From Octopus vulgaris (Eukaryota), in NCBI GenBank assembly GCA_951406725.2, contig OX597818.1:84568001-84632000 (forward strand): 64,000 nt of DNA, given 5' to 3'. A program made the translations under genes and the position numbers. Positions 40,130 to 53,084 of this stretch are shown here, piece by piece. The notes beneath the pieces are model-generated. The model searched no databases. It was not told the origin of the DNA and saw nothing but the letters and a program-made list of their open reading frames with translations. Position 1 is the first letter of the stretch. Each line of letters begins with the position of its first letter.

Positions 40130-40830
40130 AAGTAAGTGTGTGTGAACAAGTGTGTATGTTTATGTGTATGTGTATGTGTGTGTATGTGTGTGTGTGAACA
40201 AGTGTGCTTCTGTGTGTGTGTGCATGAAAACGTGTGTGTTTGTGTGTGTGTGTGCGTGTGAACAAGTCCGTTTCTATGTATGTGTGAACAAGTGCTTCTG
40301 TGTGTGTGTATGTGTGCGTGTATGTGTCTGTGTCTGTGCGTTTGAACAAGTCCGTTTCTATGTGTGTGTGAACAAGTGTGTTTGTGTGTGTGTGTGTGTG
40401 AGCGCGTGTGTGAACAAGTGTGTTTGTGTATGTGAGTGTGTGAGTGCGTGTGTGTGAACAAGTATGTGCGTGTAATTGTGATGAGTGTGTGTGTGTGCCT
40501 GTATGCGCAGAAGTGTGATTTTATGCGTATGGGTATGTGAACAAGTGTGTGTATTGCTGTGATAAATGTGTATCCGTGAACAAGTGTGTTTGTGTGTGTC
40601 TTTGAACAAATGTGTGCGAGAGCAAGTGTTTGTATGTGTGTATGTGTTTGTGTGTGTATGTGTGAGAGCATGTGCTTTTGTGTGTGTGTGTTTGTATGTT
40701 TGCGTATGTGAGAGTAAGTGTTTGTGTGTGTTTGTGTTTGCATGTGGGTGTGAGCAAGTGCTTGTGTGTGTATATGTGTGTATGCATGTTTGTGTGTGTA
40801 TTTGTATGCGTGTGTATGTCAAGCTGTGAT
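40130..40830. repeat. cryptic minisatellite: (TG)n interrupted by recurring TGAACAAG
   Basis: About a dozen tgaacaag or gagcaag words at roughly 25-85 bp spacing; gaacaagtccgtttctatgt occurs twice. Confidence 0.85.
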
Positions 40831-41011
40831 GAGTATATATGAGTGAATGTGTTTGTATTCCTGTACATGTCCGTACATTTGTGTGGCTGTTTGTATATGT
40901 ATGTGGTTCTAAATGTCAGTATGTGAGTGCGCATCCTTCCTATTTGTGATAGTATGTTTGTGTGTGTATATATATAAACATTTCTATACGTTTCAGTGTA
41001 TGCATATATAT

Positions 41012-41130
41012 ATTTCTTTACTAACCACAAGGGGCTAAACACAGAGGGGACAAACAAGGACAGACAAAGCGATTAAGTCGATTACACCGACCCCAGTGCG
41101 TAACTAGTACTTAATTTATCGACCCCGAGA
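41012..41130 (-). mobile_element. SINE family B 3' part with extended tail
   Basis: tttactaaccacaaggggctaaacacagagggg..caaacaaggacagac matches 57621-57670. Confidence 0.8.
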
Positions 41131-41520
41131 TCGCAAGAAGGACTGAGTTTCGAGTGCTAGTCCTTCAACAGGTATGAAATTGATGAAGGAGCTACAAAGG
41201 TAAAGAGAAAGAGAAAGGGAGAAAGAGTGTGTGCGTATGAACATGATAAAACAAATATAAGGGAATGGGGAGGGAGGAAGTTAAAGAGCTGTAAACCAGA
41301 AGAAACGTCGTACACTCACGCATACACACACACTCACACACACATGTATATAAAGGGGATGGTTTGAGTTTCCGTTTTCCAAATTCATTCCCATAGCTTT
41401 ATTTGGTCCCAAGGCGACGGTAGAAGACAACTACCCGAGGTGCACGAAGTTGAAGCGAACCTGGAAAAATGTGGGTGAGAAGGAAGCATCTTACCACGCT
41501 GCCCCGCCTGAATCTATACA

Positions 41521-41575
<55 letters not shown>

Positions 41576-41814
41576 GCGTGCGCTCGTGCTTCTTTCAGCT
41601 ATGTATACACGGATATATACGATTATCCATCCATCTATTCATATATACATCCAGCTATCCATACATACATCCAGCTATACATACGTACATACATACATAC
41701 ATACATACATACATACATACATGCATACATACATGCATACGTACATACATACATTCATACATACTTACACACACACACATGCATACATACATCTTCTACT
41801 TTTTTATTTTTTAC

Positions 41815-42362
41815 TTATTACAATCATTAGACTGCGGCCATGCTGGGGTACTGCCATCAAGAATTTTAGTCGAATGTATCTAGCCCAGTACTTATTCTTT
41901 CGGTTTATTTTGCCGAGCCGATAAGTGCCAGGGACGTAAACAAACCAACACCGCTTGTCAAGCGGTGATAGAGCACAACAAACACAAACAAAGATACACA
42001 TACATACACACCACAGACGTGTGTGTGTATGTATGTATGTATGTATGTATGTGTATATATATATATATTTCAGGAACTGAAACATGTTATAATGTATATA
42101 TAAAAATTAAAAATTGTATAATACAGCAGCATTTTCGAACTTCATTTTTTTACAAATATATATATATATATTTATATATATATATATATACATATATTTG
42201 ACAAGCTTCTTTCAGTTTCCATCTACCAAATCCACTCACGAGGCTTCGGTCGGCCCGACGTAATAGTAGAAGTCACTTGCCCAAGATACCACGCAGTGGG
42301 ACTGAGCCTGGAACTATGTTGTTGGCAAGCAAGTTTCCTATCACACCAACACGCCTGCGCCT
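41815..42362 (-). mobile_element. SINE family A expanded by internal microsatellites
   Basis: Tail at 41815-42000; head at 42200-42360 (gcttctttcagtttccatctaccaaatccactcac...cacttgcccaag...gcagtgggactgagcc). Confidence 0.8.
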
Positions 42363-42739
42363 ATATACATATATAGCATACATACATGCATACATACGTA
42401 CTTATCTATGGGCATACGATAACTGATGCGTGAGTACACGTGATTATCGAAACATTACCAAACCTTAATTTGTTCTTACTGCTCATTTTTTTAATAGCCG
42501 TTTCCGTTATTTTTCTTCTTGTTGCTACTGCTGTCCTCGTAGTTGTTGATGTTGAAACTGTTATAGCTAAAGTTATTTTTGCTGTTGTTGTTGTTGTTAC
42601 TGTTATTGCTGTCACTACTATTACTACAACCACTACTGCTGTTCAATTAAGCCTCTTATTCTACATTATATGTGAAAACCTCACAGCGCTCTCTGTGGCG
42701 AAGCTGTTACTCGCCTTCAGGGGCATGGTCAATATATTT

Positions 42740-42962
42740 AGCGTTTCTCGAGTTAATGAGGATCTAGCTAGCTGCAATGTTAGGTCTAATGAAGCTGATC
42801 AACTCACCATGAAGAGGGACCAATGGCGAAAGACGATTGGCCAGCGTTAAGTGCTCAACGGTCTCTATAGCTGAGGAAGCGGAAGATGTCGATGAAAAAG
42901 ATTAATGCACATCTCCACCCCCTCACAACTTCTCCTGCCATTGCCGCCTTCGGTGTCAGCGT
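42740..42962 (+). mobile_element. RTE-like LINE 3' end fragment
   Basis: RVNEDLASCNVRSNEADQLTMKRDQWRKTIGQR* resembles RTE C-termini (DL........A.DR..WR); a short 3' UTR runs into (TG)n. Confidence 0.55.
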
Positions 42963-42992
42963 TGTGTGTGTGTGTGCGCGCGTGTGTGTGAG

Positions 42993-43048
<56 letters not shown>

Positions 43049-43080
43049 CATACATATACTATATATTATATATATAGAAG

Positions 43081-43210
<130 letters not shown>

Positions 43211-43609
43211 CTATACATTATATATATAGAAGTATGTATACATATATATATATATATGTGTATGTACGTATGTATGTATGTATGTGTATGTGTGTGTGTT
43301 TATGTATATATCTTCTTTCCCTTCTTTAATCTTTTACTTCTTCCAGTCATAGGAATATAGTCAGGGCAGTGCACGCCCTTGAAACGTTTAGTCGAACAAA
43401 TCGACCCAAGTGGTTATGTTATTTAAAACATGTTAATATCGATCACGTTTCAGGGTCGTAAACACACCGACATCGGTTGTCAAAGTTCGGTGAGGGACAA
43501 ACAATATAGATAATGTGTAGTTGTTTGGTAAGAAATTGTCGAACCCTCATATGTCCTCTAACGACGGGCGAGTCCATCACTATCTTGTATTTATACACAC
43601 GTTTTTTTA

Positions 43610-43774
43610 ATTCTTTTACTTGTTTCAGTCATTTGACTGCAACCATGCTGGATCACCCATTTTAGTCGAACAGATGGACCCCAGGACTTATTCTCTGTAA
43701 ACCTAGTACTTATTCTATCGTTCATTTTGCCGAACCGCAACACCGGTTGTCAAGCGATAGTGGGAGACATCCAA

Positions 43775-43863
<89 letters not shown>

Positions 43864-44112
43864 TAATCCAAACATGAAAACACAAAGAGAAATCACAACA
43901 ACGCGAGGACGTGGAACTTATATAGTATTATTGGACGCTCAGGAAGGAAGGGAAGAAGGAGGGTTTAACGTTTCGAGCCCACGATGGGCTTCTTTCAGTT
44001 TTCATCTACCAAATCCTCTCACAAGGCTTTGGTCGGCCCGAGGCTATAGTAGAAGACACTTTTCCAAGGTGCCACACAGTTGTTGGGAAGCAAGCTTTTA
44101 CCATGCAGCCAC
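43610..44112 (-). mobile_element. SINE family A with a PLE pLTR fragment (43860-43980, half HHR) inserted in its internal TA repeat
   Basis: Tail at 43610-43775 and head at 43981-44112. The insert carries tagtatta..ggacgctcaggaa...tttaacgtttcgagcc. Confidence 0.75.
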
Positions 44113-44156
44113 TAATGTTCTTAATATAATAATAATAATGACAATAATAATAATAA

Positions 44157-44187
<31 letters not shown>

Positions 44188-44199
44188 AAGAATAACGCT

Positions 44200-44408
44200 C
44201 TCAAATTTTTGGCAGAAGGTCAGCAATTTCTTGAGAAGGGTAAGTCACTTGCATCAGACCTAGCGCTCAAGTAGTACTTATTTTTTAGACTCTTAAAGGA
44301 TGAAAGCAAAGCCGACCTCAGAGGAATTTGAACTCAGAGTGTAAAGACGGACGAAATGTCGTTAAGCTTTTTGCCCACCGTATTAACTATTCTGTGACCT
44401 CGCCGCTT
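44200..44408 (-). mobile_element. SINE family B
   Basis: aaaggatgaaagcaaagccgacctcagaggaatttgaactcagagtgtaaagacggacgaaatg...ctcgccgc. Confidence 0.8.
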
Positions 44409-44422
44409 TAACATATATATAA

Positions 44423-44457
<35 letters not shown>

Positions 44458-44676
44458 CTGAAAAGATCCACACGTTCATTGCTAAAAGATGTAGCTATCG
44501 TACTATCTTTGCAATTGTAACAGTTGGAGGGTCATTTCTTGCGACCAACAAACTGTTTTGACTAAAGTTTTAATCCGCTAAAGTCTTTACGACCCTGCTA
44601 ACCTTGCGGTAGATAGGTACCGCATGTGTAACAGCTTAGTATTAGAAACAACAGCAGCAATATTATGGAAACAATA

Positions 44677-45070
44677 GGCGGCGAAATGGCAGAATCGCTG
44701 TGTGGTAAGTAGCTTGCTTACGAACTACATGGTTCCGGGTTCAGACCAACTGTGTGGCACCTTGGGCAAGTGTCTTCTAATATAGCTTCGGGCCGACGAA
44801 AGCCTTGTGAGTGGATTTGGTAGAAGAAAACTTAAAGATGCCCGTCGTACATATATATATATATATATAGCTGTGTGTGTGTGTATGTATGTTTGTGTGT
44901 TTGTGTCTGTCTCCCCAACATCGCTTGACAACCAATGCTGGTGTGTTTACGTCCTCGTAATTTAGCGGTTTGGCAAAAGAGGCCGATAAAAGAAGTACCA
45001 GTCAAGCACTGGGGTCGATGTAATCGACTTATTCCCTCCTCCAAAATTGCTGGCTTTGTGCTGAAAGCTT
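44677..45070 (+). mobile_element. chimeric SINE (family B head, family A body, family B tail)
   Basis: ggcggcgaaatggcagaatcg is joined to ctgtgtggtaagtagcttgct..., and the element ends agtaccagtcaagcactggggtcgatgtaatcgact. Confidence 0.7.
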
Positions 45071-45279
45071 AAAACAGTTTTATTGAAATGACAAGTAATT
45101 TTCAGTGTCTGACTTTAATTCCCTCAAGTGAGAAAGCTACTCGTGAAAATACTAGCGCTCTCTCCATAACACACGATTTATCTCTTGCACACTTTACGCT
45201 ACGACTTCACACTAAGTCTTTCATGACTCGTAAGGCCACAGTTTAAACAGGTGTCAATGCCATATAAATGGTTGAGATC

Positions 45280-45740
45280 CCAAAATCTTCCCACCACCAC
45301 ACACACCTGAACGGGACGCCAATTCATCGCAGACTTAATTTCTCAGGTATCGGTGGAACTATTTACAGCCGAGTGGACTGGTAAAATATGAAATGAACTT
45401 TTGTGCTTAAGAATTCACCGCACCACCTGGTCCGGGAACCGAAACCACGATCTTACGATCTTACGGTGACTTAGACTTAAGTCGGACTTATAAGACAGTA
45501 ACTCGTCTCGGTTTCTATGACATATAAGTGACTGAGATTTCAACTTTCCCTCCATCTGAACGTAATCCGGTCCTTCGCAGAATCAACTTCTCAGCTATTG
45601 CTAGATCTCATTCACAGTTGCGTGGAGTGGGGTAACGTGAAATGAGCCGTTTCGCTTTTGCTCAAGAACACAACACAGTACCGGTCCTGGAATCGAAACC
45701 AGCAATCGTCTGCGCAAACCCTAACCACTAAGCTACTCAC
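45280..45740 (-). mobile_element. two decayed tandem SINE family C copies
   Basis: Both contain ttcacag..g.gtgga.tgg....a.tgaaatga...tgct.aagaa...ccggga.cgaaacca. Confidence 0.6.
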
Positions 45741-45753
45741 CTATGTGATTTGA

Positions 45754-46017
45754 CTCTTTAGGATTCAAACCGATCATATCTTGTTCAAATATTCTACCTG
45801 TTTTATGGTAAAACCAACTACATCCAACCTCAATATTCTCCTTGTTTTATTTTCAAACTGATTAGATCCAGCCTCTCACACCAACCCTACAATATCATTC
45901 TTGAAATAAACAATGACATCATCGAAATCTTGAAGCTACAAGATAATGAATGATCAATTCAAAACACTGTGAATAAATTTGTATTACATTTTACAGAGTA
46001 ATCTGAATGCTAAGAAG
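45754..46017. mobile_element. piggyBac-type MITE
   Basis: TTGA|ctctttaggattca ... tgaatgctaagaag|TTAA: short TIRs starting with C and a TTAA-like target site. Confidence 0.55.
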
Positions 46018-47104
46018 TTAAGAAAGATTACCGATTAGCTAGTATTATTCTGAAAGCCATCACGTTCAATAGATGAGGGCATGGTCGAATGGTAATGAAG
46101 TTCGTTTGGAGAAATAAACTGTATCTGCTTCAATTCTCATTTGATAGCATTTTGGCCGAGTGCATTGTATAATAGCCTCCGGTATGCCTAATTATTGTCG
46201 ATAAAACTGGCGAGAATGGAATCTATGCATGGGGAACCCGTCGGAATAAATCCACTTGGAATTCAATGTGTTAGCTTAGTTTGTTTGATTTTTTTGTTTT
46301 GTTTGATTTTTCCAAATTGTACCACGCTGATTTTCTGCCCGAGAATTGCATTAAGACTATACGTATCCGCGGGATACTCGACCGTTCAGACTATTATATA
46401 ATTCGTAGGTATTTCTGTTAGTCGGAACTGGAATAATCAGTATCGAAACTGACGGAAGATCCTTACTCTCTCTCTTTCCTCACTTCTTTCTTTCTTCCTT
46501 CTTTCCCTTCTTTTCATTACCTCTTTCTTTTTCCTTTTCTTTTTCCTTTTTCTTTTTTTTTTCCATTAAAATAATCTGTGATTTTTGTTCAAACACCGAA
46601 TTAAGTGAACGAATATTAGACGCAATTTTCGCACTCTTCACAATCTTTCTGATCTTCAGGCACTCTTTATTATTATAAGGGGCTGGGTGGTTGGCTTTCG
46701 GACAATGCCATTTCTCCTCGGACACAACAACAACAACAACAAAAATATAAACTGAATAAAAACAAAACAAAAAATGGTAAAAAGATAAATACGCAGTTCG
46801 TCCAGCATAAATGGTTTGGTTCAAGGCTTGGAAGCGTTCTTCGATCTCAGCATACCTAACATACTTCGAGTCTACAGATCATCACCCGTAACTGCTTTCA
46901 ATTTGGCTGTTCAGCACCAAAATCAAAAACAAGACCTAGAACACAGTAATGTCATTAGCAACGGCGCCAAAAACAAGAATTCCGCCTCCAACAACAAAAG
47001 GCAAGACAGCAACAACAGGAACAAGAACAAGCGCAAGAAAAGAAACTGAAACCACTTTTAGGTCTGCTAATAAAAGGTTCTGAATATATGTAATCTAGCT
47101 GAGA

Positions 47105-47345
47105 AAGCCTTTATCTATTTCGATGACATTTGGCTGTGCCCTTTGACCTGTAAATCGTCCTTATGCCACGTGGTGCTTCTGGTCAAAAATGTTATCGTAT
47201 TGCGCAAAGGCGCTGAGAATCGAGCGGTATTTCCGGGAAGATTTTTCTAATCTTTCTTTATTTGCCTAAATGAAACGAAAATGTGGTTTGTTTGCGCAAG
47301 AACAGAGAAGGCCAAATTACGAAAGGCTTTACTTGAGTGACTCAA
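47105..47345. promoter_or_regulatory. candidate promoter/enhancer: dense cluster of transcription-factor consensus sites
   Basis: GATA ttatct 47111; DR1 tgccctttgacct 47137-47149; E-box cacgtg 47167; C/EBP ttgcgcaa 47200 and 47292; STAT ttccgggaa 47231; RUNX tgtggtt 47282; AP-1 tgactca 47338. The sequence is unique and contains CpGs. Confidence 0.5.
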
Positions 47346-47381
47346 AGGACAGCCGACAATGAACTCAGACGATGAAGTGCA

Positions 47382-47437
<56 letters not shown>

Positions 47438-47512
47438 CACACACATATACAAATATGTGTGTGTGTATACTGCATATATATGTATATATGTATATATATA
47501 TATGTATGTATG

Positions 47513-47553
<41 letters not shown>

Positions 47554-47572
47554 GTATATATATATATACGTA

Positions 47573-47622
<50 letters not shown>

Positions 47623-47678
47623 GAATATATATATACATATGTATGTATAGATAGATATATATATACATAAGTATATAT

Positions 47679-47886
47679 ATATAATAATATAATAAATAAA
47701 TAAAATATATGCATATATACATACATATATGTACATACTTACATCTACATGTATATATACATGCATATATATATGTGGTGTCCTGTACTCATATATATAT
47801 ATATGCATGTATATATACATGTAGATGTAAGTATGTAGATATATGTATATATACATATATTTTATTTATTTATTATATTATTATAT
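47679..47886. repeat. AT-rich hairpin, about 95-bp arms and 14-nt loop
   Basis: tacatacttacatctacatgtatatatacatgcatat pairs with atatgcatgtatatatacatgtagatgtaagtatgta; outer ataataatataataaataaataaaat is mirrored. Confidence 0.88.
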
Positions 47887-47917
47887 GACCGAACGCACGT
47901 GTTATTTCTCTTCTCCA

Positions 47918-47968
<51 letters not shown>

Positions 47969-48086
47969 TTATTTATATATATATATACATAGGTCAGTGT
48001 TGTGGATGTATGTATGTACGTATGAATGTATATATGTATGTGCACATCTATCTATCTATATATATATGTATGCATGTATATATATA

Positions 48087-48137
<51 letters not shown>

Positions 48138-48255
48138 GTCAGTACTATACTAGTATATATGTATACATGTATTTATGTATATATGTTTGTATGTAAATTT
48201 TAATGTACGAGTAACCGTTCAAATGTTTGTGTGTGTGTTGTGTGTGTGTGAGAGA

Positions 48256-48324
<69 letters not shown>

Positions 48325-48403
48325 TGTGTTCAGTTGTGTATGCATTTATGTTTGGATATATAAATGTAAGCATATACACTTCTGTGCACACACACACACA
48401 CAT

Positions 48404-48465
<62 letters not shown>

Positions 48466-48494
48466 GCATATACACTTGAATGTATATATGTATG

Positions 48495-48692
48495 AAGACG
48501 CGTGGTTTAGTGGTTAAAGTATTCGGCTAAAGATCGCAGGGTCGTGGTTTCGATTTCATGTTGCTCTAGTCAACTCAGCTATGAAAAACGAGTTGTACTT
48601 GTAATTCAAGGGTGTGTCGGTGGTGTACTCAGCCACTTGCACGTTAATTTCACGAACGTGCTGTTCGTCGGTCAGATCAACTGGAGTGCCAG
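48495..48692 (+). mobile_element. SINE family C, internally deleted
   Basis: cgcgtggtttagtggttaaag...tttcgatt, then tactcagccacttgcacgttaatttcacga as in 50312-50632. Confidence 0.75.
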
Positions 48693-48942
48693 TTATATGT
48701 ATGGTATGTATACATGTATATATTTATGTACACATACATGTATATATATGTGTGTATGCGGGCGTGTGTGTGTATGTATATGTATGCATACGTCTATATA
48801 TGTGTGTATGCGGGCGTGTGTGCATATGTATATGTATGCTTACGTCTATATATCTATATACGTATTTGTGTATATATGTATATACGTATATGTGTATATA
48901 TATGTATGTACGTATGTATGTATGTACGTATGTATGTATATG

Positions 48943-48997
<55 letters not shown>

Positions 48998-49049
48998 GTA
49001 TCTATGTATGAATATACGTATGTATGCATATGTGTATATATCTAAATAT

Positions 49050-50130
49050 TAAAGATTTCTGGGTACGTAGTACTTTGGTATGCAAACGCAATATACTGTG
49101 AGGTATACTAAATATCTTAATAAGTGAGTACCATGTTCTCTGGTGTCAGCAGTGCTATTACATTATTTTGGTACGGTTATTTCTACAGATATTCTATTAT
49201 TGCTACAACGTTTCTTATCGAAACAAACAATGTGATCGAAGACAAAAGTGGGTAATGAGTGTATATACCATATTTCGTGTATTGTTGCCCCTTCATCAGC
49301 ACACATCTAATTCACTATTGCATCCGAAAACTTTGTTTATATAGCCACCGCATACAGCTATGTTAAGATATTGGCTTAAGCTCTATAGAATATCTATAGA
49401 AATAACCTTAACAAAATAATATAAGAACACTGTTGACGCAATAGAACGTGGTACTGACTTATGAAAACATTTAGTATACCTCATTGTATATTGTGTTTGC
49501 ATAATATGTTTGTGTTTACCTACAAATCATTAATGGTTACATACCAGCCCCAAGAATGTGTCTAATGTGTAAATTGGGATATCTAATAACTTAACACCAT
49601 TTTTTTTTGTAGTTTGTTCCTTCTCGAGCCACGCCTGGCTCATAAGGGCCGGTTTCCCGGTTTCCTTGGTGTATAGGTTCCCCACCTGGACGGGACGCCG
49701 ATGGGTCGCAGGTGCGCTGCAAGATGCAGGAGGAAAGAGTGAGAGAAAGTTGTGGTAAAAGAGTCAGCAGAAGTTCGCCATTACCTTCTGCAGGAGCCGC
49801 ATGGAGCTTAAGTGTTTCGCTCATAAACACACACATCGTCCGGTCTGAGATTCGAACCCGTGATCCCTCGACCGCGTGTCCGCTGCTTTAACCACTAGGC
49901 CATGTGCCTCCAACACCGCTGTATGGGGTGATTGTATAAGCAATGTGAAGCAATAGTGGGTTAGACGAGTGCTGAAGAAAGGCCAACAATCCCAGAGATA
50001 TGGCCATTCGTTACCCACGTTTGTTTTCGATCGCATTGTCTGTTTACATCTGACGTCTCGATAGGAACCGTTGTAGCAAAGATCAGTCCTGGCTCTCTAA
50101 GTTCTATGGAATATCTGTAGGAATAACTTT
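49050..50130. repeat. nested inverted repeats: 49082-49154 with 49428-49500, and 49170-49365 with 49915-50125; the second pair carries HHR-like cores
   Basis: The arms align as reverse complements. Minus arm tg-CTGATGA...GAAA-cgttg-TA-gca; plus arm tg-CTGAAGA...gaac-cgttg-TA-gca. Confidence 0.65.
49599..49911 (-). mobile_element. full-length SINE family D
   Basis: Closely similar to 21546-21862; aacacc flanks both ends (possible TSD). Confidence 0.92.
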
Positions 50131-50311
50131 AACAGATAAACTTTAAAAAATGTTTATTCACGTACGTATGCGTATATGTATGTATTTAAGTATTCCAGGT
50201 TGGCAATTAAGTTAGTCTTAACCCAGGTCAATTCTAACCGAAACCTGTTTATGCATGCGTGCATGCATGCATCCATATATGTATGTATGTATGTATGCAT
50301 GTATGTATGGT

Positions 50312-50632
50312 GAGGGCGCGTGGCTTAGTGATTAGGGCGTTCGGCTCATGATTGCAAGGTTGTGAGTTCGATTCCCGGCGATGCGTTGTGTCCTTGAGCA
50401 AGACACTTTATTTCACGTTGCTCCAGTCCACTCAGCTGGCAAAAATGAGTAGTACCTGTAATTCAAAAGGGCCAGCCTAGTCACATTCTGTGTGACGCTG
50501 AATCTTCTTGCGAACAACGTTAAGAGTACATGTGTCTGTGGAGTGCTCAGCCACTTGCACGTTAATTTCACGAGCAAGCTGTTCCGTTGATCGTATCAGC
50601 TGGGACCCTCGTCGTAATCGACGGAGTGCTCC
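50312..50632 (+). mobile_element. full-length tRNA-derived CORE-like SINE family C
   Basis: A box tggcttagtgattagggc, B box gagttcgattccc, CORE-like tgtgtccttgagcaagacacttta. Confidence 0.88.
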
Positions 50633-51276
50633 TTTAATGTATGTATGTATGTATGTATGTATGTATGCATGTATGCATGTATGTATGCGTGTGTGTGTGT
50701 ATGTATGTATGTATGTACGAATGCATGTAACTATGTATAAATATGTGTGTGTGTGTATGAATATATATATATACATATATATACATGCATAGCGACAGCT
50801 GTGGTTGTATGGTAGTGTTAGGTTTGTTGTAAAGGCATAGTCGTGATGTTGTTAATGGTGGTGGTGGTGGTGGTGGTGGTAGCGGTGGTGGTGGCTGCGG
50901 CGGTAGTAGTAGTTGTAATGGTGTTGGTGGTCGTCGTCGACTGTTGCCCTCGTCGTCATCCTCGTCGTGTTCGTCGTCGTAGGTGGGGTTGCTGATGGTG
51001 GTGTTGGTGATGGTGCTGATAGTGATAGTGGTGGTGGTGGTGGTGGTGATAAAAGGATTTGTGATAAATATTTGTATGAGTGGGGCATATTATGAGAGGA
51101 CAAGAAGGAAGAAAACATTTGTGATTATATGGAAACGTGAATCTTAGATTTACAGAAAATAGCCGATGAGTTGGGGTTAAGGGTTTAGAGGTGAAAGATT
51201 AGGGGGTCAAAACTGGCGTTAGAAGGAACATGCGTTTGGTGGGAACCAAACAAAGACAAGGAATAAAAAGTTAAAT

Positions 51277-51326
<50 letters not shown>

Positions 51327-51453
51327 ACATGCCTACATGCATACATACATACATACAGACGCAAATGAAAGCACATGCGTTCATACATACACATCATTGA
51401 CTATAGAATTTTCTTGAAGGTCTTTGACTCATACTGGCTAGTTAAATGCGATT

Positions 51454-51550
<97 letters not shown>

Positions 51551-51818
51551 CAACAACAGCAGCAGTGGTGGTGGTGGTGGTGGTGTGGAGGGTGCTGATG
51601 ATTGTAGTAGCGGTAGTAGTGATGTTCTTGTGAGGAGGTTGTAGAGTGGTAGCTGTGGTTATCTAGATAGTAGTTGCATTATGTGCATGTACATGCGCGC
51701 TTACGCGTGTGGGTGTGTTTGAAATGAGACAATTGTGGTCACTGCCATGCTTGAATGACATTTATTAAGAGTGGCCATATATGACTAAGGTGGTCATGTG
51801 TATGGTTGTCATTGCTGA

Positions 51819-51882
<64 letters not shown>

Positions 51883-52104
51883 CGATGATGACGACGACGA
51901 CGACGACGACGATGATGATGATGATGATGATGATGATGTGATACAGGTGGTAGCGTAGGTGGTGACTGGTAGAGTGGGTGACACTTGGATCATAGTTGCC
52001 AGCAATAACTACGATGCAATTTTTCGATGATTCTAGAGTGGGACCTAGTGTTGCATTAGGAGCGGAAACTTCCATAATTTATTCATGATGTTGCTTTTTT
52101 TTTT

Positions 52105-52560
52105 CTTTTAGGATTACTGGACAGAACATTTTTAGGTAGCTTCTACTGCCACATGTGTAGCAGCTAAGTCGTCTGGCCTGGTCACTGAGATTTAAAGCCC
52201 TATAAATAAGGTCTGCCACTGTTTTGAATTTTTGCAGGCTGATGAAGTCTGATGTATCAGAAGCGAGTTGATGATATCCATGGTATATCCACAGTGATGC
52301 TACCTGATCGCACGTCGCCTAAAGTTACATCTTTACCGATCATCTGTCTTACTGTGCTGCTTGTTGATGTCCCTGATGATGACCCTTGTGTTTTTCTTTT
52401 CCATATACTGCAGAATCAACATAAAAACAAATGTGTCGAGCACAATTTAAGCTTCTACTTTAGACCCGTCTCTTGAGTTAATGATGGGACATGTGATGCT
52501 AGATGCCATCTTTCTCCCAATACAGAAGATTTCAGCTTGTAAAATTTGATCTAATATATA
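52105..52560 (-). pseudogene. LINE ORF1 (gag-like, L1/Tx1-type) relic with CCHC knuckle
   Basis: Minus strand LQYMEKKNTRVIIRDI ... QARRLSCYTCGSRSYLKMFCP (C-x2-C-x4-[H to Y]-x4-C). Confidence 0.55.
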
Positions 52561-52985
52561 AACACAATACTACATTCTCAAGGGAAAAATCTTGTACAAA
52601 CATCTCAAACGTCGAGGTGCGCCTAGTGGAGCAGCAGAAATTTGCATAAAATTGTTGAAAACGCAATACTTTCTAAGAGAGATAAAGTTCGATGGAAAGT
52701 ATTAGTCGATTAAACTTTTCGATCTTGAATACATAAAGAGCAAAGTCGACTCCACCGGGATTCAAACTCAGAACTCAAAAGTCTGGAATAAATACTGGTT
52801 TCAAATTTTGGTACCACGCCAGCATGTTCAAAGGAAGGAGCCTTATCTGGTACTTATTTTATTGACCTCGAAGGAATGAAAGGAAAAGTCGACTTCAGAA
52901 CGTACGGAAGGACTAAGTGCTGCTAAGCACTTTGTCCGACGTGCTAACGATTCTACCAGCTCGCTGCCAAATAATAATAATGATG

Positions 52986-53066
<81 letters not shown>

Positions 53067-53084
53067 TTCTGCTCAATTCAGTCA

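Noticed and set aside
41138-41175. Minus-strand CTGTTGA...GAAACTCAGTC motif
   Set aside because: Stem I does not pair and stem II is weak, so it was not counted among the HHRs.
46816-47049. 77-aa ORF with an N/K-rich tail
   Set aside because: Non-ATG start, low-complexity tail and no domain; more likely UTR-like or intergenic sequence.
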